NCBI GenBank assembly: GCA_036257195.1
Contig: DATAFX010000031.1
Span: forward strand, 1 to 60,547
Length of the DNA: 60,547 nucleotides
Source: Candidatus Methylomirabilota bacterium
Lineage (GTDB): Bacteria; Methylomirabilota; Methylomirabilia; Rokubacteriales; DASRDR01
Reading direction: 5' to 3'
Shown in pieces: positions 38,889 through 47,218 of the stretch (position 1 is the first letter of the stretch; every line of letters begins with the position of its first letter). The position numbers and the translations under genes were made by a program. The notes under the pieces were generated by a model, which saw only the letters and a list, made by a program, of their open reading frames with translations, did not search any database and had not been told where the DNA came from.

Positions 38889-39632
38889 ATGCGACTCGAG
38901 GGGCGGGTGGCGCTGATCACGGGGGCGGGAGGCGGGATCGGGGAGGCGACCGCCCGTCGGTTCGCGCGCGAGGGCGCGACCGTCGTGGTCAACGACGTGG
39001 ACGTGGAGCTGGCACGAGGCGTGGTCGCCGACCTCCAGAAAAGCGGGGCGCGGGCGCTGTCCATCGCCGCCGACGTGACGAAGCGAGCCGACGTCGAGGC
39101 CATGGTGCACCGCATCGTCGGGGAGTTCGGCCGGCTCGACGTGCTGGTGAACAACGCGGGGATCAACCTCGACGCGATGAGCCACAAGATGACCGAGGAG
39201 CAGTGGGATCAGGTCCTCACGGTCAACCTCAAGGGCACCTTCCTCTGTGCCCAGGCCGCCCTGGTGCGGATGCGCGAGCGCGGCTGGGGCCGCGTCATCA
39301 ACACGTCGTCGATCGGGGCGTTCGGGAACATCGGCCAGGCCAACTACGCGGCCTCGAAGGCCGGGGTCATCGGGCTCACACGCACGCTCGCGCTGGAGTA
39401 CGCGAAGTTCGGAGTGACCGTGAACTGCGTCGCGCCCGGGCCGGTCATGACGCGGATGCTGGCGAGCGTCCCGGAGGCGATCCGCGAGAAGATCGTCGCG
39501 AGGGTGCCGACGGGGCGCATCGCCCGGCCGGAGGAGATCGCCGGCGTGCACGTGTTCCTCGCCTCGGAGGACGCGGCCTACATCACGGGTCAGGTGCTCG
39601 TCGTCGACGGCGGCATGACCGTCGGCGCCTAA
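38889..39632 (+). CDS. SDR family 3-oxoacyl reductase (FabG-like)
   Basis: ITGAGGGIGEATA, NNAG, YAASKAG, GQVLVVDGG. Confidence 0.9.
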   Translation: MRLEGRVALITGAGGGIGEATARRFAREGATVVVNDVDVELARGVVADLQKSGARALSIAADVTKRADVEAMVHRIVGEFGRLDVLVNNAGINLDAMSHKMTEEQWDQVLTVNLKGTFLCAQAALVRMRERGWGRVINTSSIGAFGNIGQANYAASKAGVIGLTRTLALEYAKFGVTVNCVAPGPVMTRMLASVPEAIREKIVARVPTGRIARPEEIAGVHVFLASEDAAYITGQVLVVDGGMTVGA

Positions 39633-39640
39633 CCGGCCCG

Positions 39641-40840
39641 ATGTCCGGCGACTCGACGGCGGCCCTCTTCGAGGCGATCCGGGCCGGCGATCTCGCCGCG
39701 GTGACGGCGCTCCTGGACCGCGACCCCACGCTCGCCCGGGCGCGAGGCGGGGGCGGCGAGGCCCCCACCCTCCTGGCCTGCTATCGCCGCCTGCCGGCCG
39801 TCCTCGGCATCCTGCGGGCCCGCGGCGCCGTGCTCGACGCGTTCGAGGCCGCCGCTGCCGGCGACGTGACCAGGCTCGCCAGTCTGCTGGCCGAGACGCC
39901 GGCCCTCGTGTCGGCCCACGCCGCGGACGGCTGGACGCCGCTCCACCTCGCGGCGCACTTCGGTGAGGATCGTGCCGTCTCCCTGCTGCTCGAGCTCGGC
40001 GCGGACCCGCGCGCCCGCTCCCGGAACTCGCTCGACAACACGCCGCTCCACGCGGGGCTCGCCGGCACCGCCGGGCTCGACGTGGTGGAGCGCCTGCTCG
40101 CCGCGGGGGCGGAGGTCGATGCCCCGGCCGGCGGCGGATTCACCCCGCTCCACCTCGCGGCCGGCCGGGGCGAGCTTCCCCTGGTGACCCGGCTCCTCCT
40201 CCGGGGCGCGGAGGCGTCGAGACGGACGGCCGACGGCCAGACCCCGGCCGACGTCGCCCGGGCGCGCGGTCACGAGCCGGTGGCACGCTTCCTCGAGACC
40301 TGGTGGGGCGAGCGCGCCCGGATCGTGGCCCGGCGGGAGCGTCGGCTCTCGCCGTGGACCACGCTGGTCGAGAAGGACGTCGAGTTCACGCCGGGCCGGG
40401 GGCCGGACACCTATCACGCCTTCGGACCGTTCGACTGGGTGGTCGCGGCGGCCCGGATGCCCGACGGGCGCGTCGCGATCGTCCGGCAGTTCCGGCCCGC
40501 CGTTGAGCAGTACACGTGGGAGCTGCCTTCCGGCCTGATGGAGCTGGGCGAGGATCCGGAGACCGCGTGCCGGCGAGAGCTGCTCGAGGAAGCCGGCCTC
40601 CGGGCGGAGCGCCTCACCTACCTGGGCGGTCTCCGGCCGGACACGGGTCGCCTCGAGCTGGTTCAGCACATGTTCCGCGTCGAGGCTTCCCGGCCGCTGC
40701 CCGAGTTCGTGCCGGAGCCGGGTGTGGCCGTCGAGTACGTGACGCCCGCCGCGGTCCTTGCCCTGATCCGCACCGGTGCCTTTTGTCAGCTGCACCACAT
40801 CGCGGCCTTCTATCTGGCTGGGCTTGCTCCGGCACCCTGA
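39641..40840 (+). CDS. ankyrin-repeat / NUDIX hydrolase fusion protein
   Basis: N-terminal ~230 aa has ankyrin repeats (GWTPLHLAAHFGEDRAVSLLLELGADP, GFTPLHLAAGRGELPLVTRLLLRGAE). The C-terminal part has the Nudix box GLMELGEDPETACRRELLEEAGL. Starts 8 nt after the FabG-like gene. Confidence 0.8.
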   Translation: MSGDSTAALFEAIRAGDLAAVTALLDRDPTLARARGGGGEAPTLLACYRRLPAVLGILRARGAVLDAFEAAAAGDVTRLASLLAETPALVSAHAADGWTPLHLAAHFGEDRAVSLLLELGADPRARSRNSLDNTPLHAGLAGTAGLDVVERLLAAGAEVDAPAGGGFTPLHLAAGRGELPLVTRLLLRGAEASRRTADGQTPADVARARGHEPVARFLETWWGERARIVARRERRLSPWTTLVEKDVEFTPGRGPDTYHAFGPFDWVVAAARMPDGRVAIVRQFRPAVEQYTWELPSGLMELGEDPETACRRELLEEAGLRAERLTYLGGLRPDTGRLELVQHMFRVEASRPLPEFVPEPGVAVEYVTPAAVLALIRTGAFCQLHHIAAFYLAGLAPAP

Positions 40841-41001
40841 CCCTGAGGCCGACCCGAGCCTGCGGTCCCGATAGGGTGCATCGCCTGGACCCGAGGAGGT
40901 ACGCAGCCTTCATCGCGGGTGAGGTGCGCGTGGTCGACGGCCCGCATGGTCCCGTCGGGATCTGACCCGCCGGCGATGCGCCGCCCGCGCCGGAGCCGGT
41001 C

Positions 41002-42201
41002 TCAGCCGAGGAACCGCCCCTTGACGAAGGCGAAAACGAAGAGCAGAAGGAGGCCCAGCGACACGAGCCGCAGCGCCTCGCCCAGTGTTCCGCGGGGCCC
41101 GATCAACCCCGCTACGGCGAAGACCGGTGTCACCGCCAGGAACTCCCGCCCAATGCTCACCGGAGCAAAGAGCACCCCGACGGCCAGCGCTAAGCTCGCG
41201 TAGACTCCGGGGACCGCACCGAGGCGACGGAACACTTGTACCGTGAGGGCGACGAACACCACCGGCAGCAGGATTCGCATTGAATCGAGCAGGTGCGTAT
41301 AGGTGTGGACGCGCACCAGCCGCGTCATGAGCCAGTACGTTTCGCGCCAGTACTTCGCCACCGTCCAATGAAACTCGACCCGCCAGCCGACGACATGGGC
41401 CGTCCAGAACACGAGGGGATCGCCGAATGCGACCCAGAGGTAGGCCATGTAGGCGCCCAGGCCGGCCGCAGGCAAGAAGACGGCGATGACGTCGCGCGGA
41501 CCGAGGTGCCGGCCCCTCCGGCGGTCTTGCCAGAGGCCCCAGGCCAGTGCGGGCGCGAGGAGGACTCCCATCGGACGGGTGGTCGCCGCCAGGCCGCCCC
41601 AGAGTCCCGCGGCCAATCGCTGCCCGCGCGAGCTCGCGTCGAGCGCCAGCGTTGAGAGCAGGAAGAATAGCGGCTCGGCATAGATCGAGTGGAGGAAGAA
41701 CGAGAACGGATAGACGAGCAGCCACAGCACCGCCCGCTCCGCCGGGGCTGAGCCGGCCTCCGCTCGAACCCAACGCCAGAGCGCCAGGAAGGCACCGAGC
41801 GCCGCCAGGTTGGCGACGAGGAGCCCGGCCACAACGAGGTTGCCGGTGACCATTCCCACGCCCTTGATCAGCAGGGGCAGCAGAGGGAAGAAGGCCACGT
41901 TCGACTGGCCGTGCGGGTCGAACCAATAGCCTCGCTCCGCGACCGACAGGTACCACGCCGCGTCCCACCGGACCCAGGCGGCCAGCGACAGGTTCTTTCC
42001 GAGGAAGGCTTCGACCCGCGGCACGCCGTCGGGCGGCATTCGGATGGCGATCGCGCCCACCACGTAGAGCAAGAGCCGCGTCAGCAGGACGGCGGCGAGG
42101 ATCCCGGCCAGCGACCGCTGGTCCTGGTCCGACAGAACCCACAGCCGGGAGCGGGAGACGGCTTCCGGACCTCCGGCCGCGACGTGCAAGCTCGGCTTCA
42201 T
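41002..42201 (-). CDS. integral membrane mannosyltransferase-like protein (PIG-V / GT-C type)
   Basis: About 9 TM segments. WVRWDAAWYLSVAERGYW motif typical of PIG-V-like bacterial proteins. Confidence 0.65.
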   Translation of the reverse strand: MKPSLHVAAGGPEAVSRSRLWVLSDQDQRSLAGILAAVLLTRLLLYVVGAIAIRMPPDGVPRVEAFLGKNLSLAAWVRWDAAWYLSVAERGYWFDPHGQSNVAFFPLLPLLIKGVGMVTGNLVVAGLLVANLAALGAFLALWRWVRAEAGSAPAERAVLWLLVYPFSFFLHSIYAEPLFFLLSTLALDASSRGQRLAAGLWGGLAATTRPMGVLLAPALAWGLWQDRRRGRHLGPRDVIAVFLPAAGLGAYMAYLWVAFGDPLVFWTAHVVGWRVEFHWTVAKYWRETYWLMTRLVRVHTYTHLLDSMRILLPVVFVALTVQVFRRLGAVPGVYASLALAVGVLFAPVSIGREFLAVTPVFAVAGLIGPRGTLGEALRLVSLGLLLLFVFAFVKGRFLG

Positions 42202-42364
42202 GGGGGGCGGATACTAGCACGGGCCGTCGTCCCGCTCCAAGCGGAAGCGCCCCGATGGCCCGACCCGGAGGGCAAGCCCGGAGTGGCGCGGACGTCGCGG
42301 GGATGCGGGCCCTGGGGTAAGGTGGAAGCTGGGCGCCGGGAGTGGCGCCGGAGGAGCGCGCGAC

Positions 42365-43534
42365 ATGCGAAGAGTGGCTCTGGTCGGAGCTGGCATGGCG
42401 CGCTTCGGCGTGCGCAAGGCGACGTACCGAGACCTCATCTGGGAGGCCGGGAAGGCCTGCTTTGACTCGGTGCCCGGCGTGCGACCGGCCGACCTCGAGG
42501 GCATCGTGGTGGGCTCGGTCATGCCGGAGCGCACAGTCTTCCAGAGTCACATCTCCTCGCTCGCCGCCGAGGCGCTCGGCATCAGGCCCAGCCGGCTGTC
42601 GGCCCGGACCGAGCACATGTGCGCCTCGGGGACGGTGGGGCTCCGGTACGCCTACGCGTTCATCGCGGCCGGTCTCGCGGATCTGGTCATGGTCCTGGGC
42701 GTCGAGAAGCTCAACGTGCCGACCGCTGACGAGGCTATCCTCAACATGGGCACGGGCGTCGACCGCGAGTGGGAGGCGGCTCACGGGCTCACGGCGCCTC
42801 CGTGCTTCGCCCTCGCGGCCCAGGCCCACATGGCGCGCCACGGCACGACCGAGGAGCAGATGGCGCTCGTCAGCGTGAAGAACCACAATCACGCGGCCCG
42901 GAATCCCTACGCGCACTTCCAGAAGGGCGCGACCCTGGACCAGGTCTTGTGCTCTCGCATGATCGCGACCCCGTTCCGCCTGTTCATGTGCTCGCCCATC
43001 ACGGACGGCGCCGCGGCCGTCATCGTTGCGAGCGAGGAGCGCGCCCGCGAGCTGACCGATCGGCCGGTATGGATCCGGGGCACGGGCCAGGCGCTCGACG
43101 GTTTCACCCTGTCCTCCCTCCCGGAGGACTACGCCAGCTGGCCGGCCCTCCGGCGGGCGGGCGAGCAGGCATACCGTATGGCCGGTGTCGCGCCCGGCGA
43201 CGTGGACCTCGCGGAGGTGCACGACTGCTTCGCGATCGCGGAGATCATCGCGTACGAGGAGCTCGGCTTCTGCGCCAAGGGGGAGGGCGGCCGCTTCGTC
43301 GAGCAGGGCCTGTCCGACTACGGCGGGAAGGTGGTGGTCAACCCCCGCGGCGGGCTCATCGGCTGCGGCCACCCGCTCGGCGCCACCGGGATCGCCCAGG
43401 CCTCAGAGGCGTTCTGGCAGCTCCGCGGGGAGGCCGGCCCGCGCCAGGTACCCGACGCGCGCTTGGCCCTCACCCACAACAACTCGGGGATGGGCGAGCA
43501 CGTTGTCATGGTGTACGGGCGCGACTCCGGCTGA
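42365..43534 (+). CDS. thiolase domain protein (SCP-x-like; the type that partners with DUF35 proteins)
   Basis: RVALVGAGMARFG, active-site region EHMCASGTV, C-terminal GCGHPLGATG and NNSGMGEH. GGAGGAG lies upstream. Confidence 0.9.
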   Translation: MRRVALVGAGMARFGVRKATYRDLIWEAGKACFDSVPGVRPADLEGIVVGSVMPERTVFQSHISSLAAEALGIRPSRLSARTEHMCASGTVGLRYAYAFIAAGLADLVMVLGVEKLNVPTADEAILNMGTGVDREWEAAHGLTAPPCFALAAQAHMARHGTTEEQMALVSVKNHNHAARNPYAHFQKGATLDQVLCSRMIATPFRLFMCSPITDGAAAVIVASEERARELTDRPVWIRGTGQALDGFTLSSLPEDYASWPALRRAGEQAYRMAGVAPGDVDLAEVHDCFAIAEIIAYEELGFCAKGEGGRFVEQGLSDYGGKVVVNPRGGLIGCGHPLGATGIAQASEAFWQLRGEAGPRQVPDARLALTHNNSGMGEHVVMVYGRDSG

Positions 43535-43547
43535 AGCCGGAGCGAAG

Positions 43548-44945
43548 TCAGGCGGGGAGAGGGCCCGGAGTCGACGGGCGCGGACCGCCCCGCCGTCGTC
43601 GGCGCCGCCGCCGGCGGCCGTGCCCCGGGGCCGCCGCCACCACCGGCAACGCGCGGTTGCCGTCCACCTCGGGTATGTCGAGGTCGACCTCCGGACGGCC
43701 GAGGAAGTCTGGCTGGCGATCGTCGTCGATCTCGTCCACCGCGTCGGCTCCGCCCCCCGTCCCGCTCTCGGTTCGGGGGGGCGGCGGGTCGCTCCGCGCG
43801 TCGTCCGGGGGCGGCCCGCCGTCCTCGGCCAGCGTGATCGTGCCGGACGGGCTCACGAGAAGCTCGCGGATCCGCCGGAGCCGCGTGACGAGCCGGGGCG
43901 ATCCCGGCGGTCGCTGGAACCCCCGGGACTTCAACGCGTTCGCGACGGCATCGATGCTGACGCTCCGCTTGGGCGAGGCCTCGACCAGGCCACGGACGAC
44001 GGACACGAGCTCGTCGTGGGGCGCGGTGGTGTGCGGCGCCTCGGCTGGAGTCCGGTGGGCGTGCGAGCTCACCGGCCTCCGCCGGCCGCCCGAGCGAGGC
44101 CCGTGTGGGCCGCTGGGGCCTGGATGACGGGAGGGCTCCCGCGAATCCGCCGGTCGGCGATCGCCCGCGGAGGTGTGCGGCGGGCCGCTGGGGCCGCGTC
44201 CTCGACGCCGGCGCCGGCGCCGCGACCCCGACGCGCTGATGGCCGGCGGTCGGCTCACCGCCTCGACCGCGGCCTCCCCGCCCTGCTCCTTCAGCCGGCG
44301 ATACGACAGGCGGCGGAACTCGATGCCCAGGCTCGCGGCGACGTCACCCACGGCGTCGAACGCGCGGTCGTCGGATACGATCTCGATCAGGTCTCCGGGG
44401 CGGGCGGCCGCCAGCCAGATCCCGGCCGCCACGGCGATGCGGAGGTCGCTCCAGTCCCGGACGCCCGTCGAGGGGGCGCTGTGCACGAGGTGAGCTCCGC
44501 GCGCGGCGAGCAGCCGCGCCGCCTCGTGACCGACCACCCGCCAGTTGGCCACGGCCACCAGCTCGGTGCGGCGATCCCAGGGATCGACCCCGAGATGATC
44601 GATGACATCCGAGAGATGCTGGGCGCGGCTCGTGTTCTCGACGTCCAGGAAGATCGCGCGCCGTCCGGGGGGGCGTGGACGCTCGGGCTCGGGCGGCGGG
44701 ACCCGCGCGGCGAAGGTGCTCTCGACGACGGAGACCGGGAGGGGGAACGGCTCGGGCTCGTCGGTGACGACCGGGACGACGGGCTCGGGGGCCGGCTTTT
44801 CGACGACGGGGCGCTTGGGCCGGTCAGAGGCCTTCCGTCCGCCTCGACCGGTCGGCGCCGGACGGGAGGCGCTTCCTCGCGTCTTCCGTCGGCTGCCGTC
44901 GCGGTTCGAGCTGGTCGTCACGGTCGCCTCAGTGTAACGCATCAT
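43548..44945 (-). CDS. NYN (LabA-like) nuclease domain plus OST-HTH/LOTUS-like domain protein with poly-Arg low-complexity linkers
   Basis: AIFLDVENTS ... DLRIAVAAGIW ... IEIVSDDRAFD (NYN-like). VSVVRGLVEASPKRSVSIDAVANALKSRGFQRPPGSPRLVTRLRRI (OST-HTH-like). Runs SRRRRRRRGRG and GRRRRRRRRRGG. Confidence 0.65.
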   Translation of the reverse strand: MMRYTEATVTTSSNRDGSRRKTRGSASRPAPTGRGGRKASDRPKRPVVEKPAPEPVVPVVTDEPEPFPLPVSVVESTFAARVPPPEPERPRPPGRRAIFLDVENTSRAQHLSDVIDHLGVDPWDRRTELVAVANWRVVGHEAARLLAARGAHLVHSAPSTGVRDWSDLRIAVAAGIWLAAARPGDLIEIVSDDRAFDAVGDVAASLGIEFRRLSYRRLKEQGGEAAVEAVSRPPAISASGSRRRRRRRGRGPSGPPHTSAGDRRPADSREPSRHPGPSGPHGPRSGGRRRPVSSHAHRTPAEAPHTTAPHDELVSVVRGLVEASPKRSVSIDAVANALKSRGFQRPPGSPRLVTRLRRIRELLVSPSGTITLAEDGGPPPDDARSDPPPPRTESGTGGGADAVDEIDDDRQPDFLGRPEVDLDIPEVDGNRALPVVAAAPGHGRRRRRRRRRGGPRPSTPGPLPA

Positions 44946-45035
44946 GACCGGTTCCCGCGCGCGGTGAGGAGGGGCCAGAGCCCGTCCGGCCGGCAGGTCC
45001 CCGGAGCCCGGCGACCGCCAGGTCTGAGACCCGGC

Positions 45036-45044
45036 TGATATACT
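45036..45044 (+). promoter_or_regulatory. extended -10 element TGATATACT, 7 nt upstream of the phosphatase GTG (leaderless geometry)
   Basis: -10 TATACT at 45039-45044 and GTG at 45052. No SD lies in between. Confidence 0.4.
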
Positions 45045-45051
45045 CCCGCAG

Positions 45052-45582
45052 GTGAACAGCGGGGAGACGCCTCCGGTGGGACATCCGCTCCAGCTCGTGC
45101 ATCCGGTGCTACCGCCCGGAGCGCGCCTCTGGGGCGCCGGGCGGCCGAGCTATCCCGACGAGCCGCCCCAGGCCCGCGCGGTGGACGAGGGGGTCCGCGC
45201 CTGGCGAGAGTCGGGGGTCGACCTCGTCCTGAGCCTGATCGAGGACTGGGAGGTGCCGCGGCGCGCTCCGGGCCTCTTCGAGGCGCTGGCGCAACACGGG
45301 ATCGACGTGCGGCGCTATCCCATCGCGGACTTCGGAGTCCCGCGCGAGGCGCCGGGGTTCGACCGCCTCCTGCGCGAGGCTGGCGAGCGACTCGCGGCGG
45401 GCGACGGTATCCTGGTCCACTGCAACGCCGGCCTCGGCCGGACCGCCGTGGTGCTCGCCTCCATCCTGAAGACCCACGGGTTGGTCGCCGACCCGGTGAC
45501 GGAGCTCCGACGAATCTACCGGCCGACCGCGATGACGGAGCCCGTGCAGGAGGCGTTTGTCCGGCGCCTCGCCACGCCCTGA
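45052..45582 (+). CDS. dual-specificity / protein-tyrosine phosphatase-like protein
   Basis: Catalytic loop VHCNAGLGRTAVV (HCx5R). Confidence 0.75.
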   Translation: MNSGETPPVGHPLQLVHPVLPPGARLWGAGRPSYPDEPPQARAVDEGVRAWRESGVDLVLSLIEDWEVPRRAPGLFEALAQHGIDVRRYPIADFGVPREAPGFDRLLREAGERLAAGDGILVHCNAGLGRTAVVLASILKTHGLVADPVTELRRIYRPTAMTEPVQEAFVRRLATP

Positions 45583-46256
45583 TGCCCCGGGCGAGGCCCA
45601 GCCTCGTCCTCCTGCCAATCCTCCTCGCCGTGGCGGTCCTCGGTCTCAGCGCCTGCGCTGCCGGCCGGGGGAATCGGCCCACGGAGTCGGAAGGCGGAGA
45701 GGCCATCTATGTGGTCAGCAACGGCTGGCACACCGGCGTTGTGGTCGAAGGCGGGCGAATCCCGTCCGCGCGATGGCCCCAGCGGGACGCCCTCGGTGGC
45801 CGCCGATATGTCGAGGTCGGGTGGGGCGACCGTGACGCCTACCTGGCCGACAGACTCACCACTCGCCTGGCACTGCGAGCGGCCTTCGCCTCACGGGGCA
45901 GCGTGCTCCTTGTCGCGGGCTTCGACGAGCCGGTCCCCGAGCGGTTCCGCGGGATCGACGTCGTCGAGCTCGGGATCTCGGCCGACGCCCTCGACGGGCT
46001 CAGCGCGTTCATCGAGGCAAGCCATGCCCCGGATGACGCCGGAGAGCCGGTCCCGCTGGCGCCCGGGTGGGGTCCCTCGTGGACCTTCTACGTCGCGCGC
46101 GGCCGCTTCCACATCCTGAACACCTGCAACTCGTGGACGGCTCGCGCGCTCCGGGCGGCCGGGCTCCCGCTGAGGCCCGCGCTGACGCTCACGGCGTACC
46201 ATCTCATGCAGCAGGTGCGTCCCCTGGGGCGACGCGTGCTCACGGGGCCGGCCTGA
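45582..46256 (+). CDS. DUF2459-family lipoprotein
   Basis: Lipobox LGLSAC. IYVVSNGWHTGVVV and HILNTCNSWTARALRAAGLP. ATGA overlap with the phosphatase gene. Confidence 0.7.
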   Translation: MPRARPSLVLLPILLAVAVLGLSACAAGRGNRPTESEGGEAIYVVSNGWHTGVVVEGGRIPSARWPQRDALGGRRYVEVGWGDRDAYLADRLTTRLALRAAFASRGSVLLVAGFDEPVPERFRGIDVVELGISADALDGLSAFIEASHAPDDAGEPVPLAPGWGPSWTFYVARGRFHILNTCNSWTARALRAAGLPLRPALTLTAYHLMQQVRPLGRRVLTGPA

Positions 46257-46279
46257 CGCGCGGAGAGGGCCGCGGCCGG

Positions 46280-46288
46280 TGATAGACT
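46280..46288 (+). promoter_or_regulatory. extended -10 element TGATAGACT upstream of the DUF35 gene
   Basis: Same TGnTAGACT motif as at 19718, 22169 and 53340. It lies 23 nt before ATG 46312. Confidence 0.35.
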
Positions 46289-46311
46289 GCCCGCCAGGGG
46301 CACTCCTGCTG

Positions 46312-46797
46312 ATGAGTCAGCCGTCCGCCGCGTCGCCCGGCCGCGAGGCCCGGCTCCCGTACGCCCGTGTGGTGGATCCCTTCCCTCTCGAGTCGGCCGA
46401 GCACAACAAGCTCCACGGCTTCTATGAGCGCCTCGCGGAGGGGCATCTGGCCACGACCCGCTGCCGGGGCTGCGGCCGGGTCGATTGGCCGCCGCGAGGG
46501 TTCTGCCCCGCCTGCACTTCCGACGAGTTCGACTGGGTGGACCTTCCGCCCGAGGGACGGCTCCACGGGTTCAGCGTGCAGGAGACCGGCGTACCGGCGG
46601 GTTTCGCAAAGCCGCTCGTGTTCGCGATCGTGGAGGTCGGGGGGCTCCGGGTGTTCGCGCCGATCACCGGCGTCGCGGATGTGGCCGGTCTCGCGGTCGG
46701 CGCCCGCGTCCGGCTCGCGCCGGTCCGGGTTGCGGACGACCCGCAGGGGCAGCCGCGCTACCTGCCGGCCTTCACGCCGGCGCCGGGCGCGCGATGA
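46312..46797 (+). CDS. Zn-ribbon / OB-fold DUF35 protein (thiolase partner)
   Basis: [20 protein letters not shown] zinc ribbon followed by an OB-fold-like segment. The start is ATG 46312 or GTG 46279. Confidence 0.8.
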   Translation: MSQPSAASPGREARLPYARVVDPFPLESAEHNKLHGFYERLAEGHLATTRCRGCGRVDWPPRGFCPACTSDEFDWVDLPPEGRLHGFSVQETGVPAGFAKPLVFAIVEVGGLRVFAPITGVADVAGLAVGARVRLAPVRVADDPQGQPRYLPAFTPAPGAR

Positions 46798-47198
46798 CGG
46801 ACCGGCCGCTCAAGGTGCTGATCGCGAAACCCGGCCTTGACGGGCACGACCGCGGCGCCAAGGTCGTGGCACACGCTCTCCGCGACGCTGGGATCGAGGT
46901 GGTGTACTCGGGGCTCAAGCGGACTCCCGACGAGCTGGTCGCCGAGGCCGTCCAGGAGGACGTCGACGTCATCGGCCTGTCGGTGCTCTCGGGGGCCCAC
47001 CTCACGCTGTCGGGGCGGCTCCTCGAGCGACTCAGGGCGGCGGGGGCCGGTGACGTCGCGGTCGTGGTCGGGGGGACGATCCCCGCGCGCGATGCCGTGG
47101 CGCTCCGGGCGATGGGCGTGCACGCCGTTTTCCCGATGGGCACGGCGCTGCCCGAGATCGTATCCTTCTTCCGGACGTTCCGGCGGACGGACGCCTAG
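46794..47198 (+). CDS. acyl-CoA mutase small subunit (cobalamin-binding domain)
   Basis: [13 protein letters not shown] (DxHxxG). ATGA overlap with the DUF35 gene. Confidence 0.9.
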   Translation: MTDRPLKVLIAKPGLDGHDRGAKVVAHALRDAGIEVVYSGLKRTPDELVAEAVQEDVDVIGLSVLSGAHLTLSGRLLERLRAAGAGDVAVVVGGTIPARDAVALRAMGVHAVFPMGTALPEIVSFFRTFRRTDA

Positions 47199-47218
47199 GA
47201 CGGGCAGGGGCACATCGG

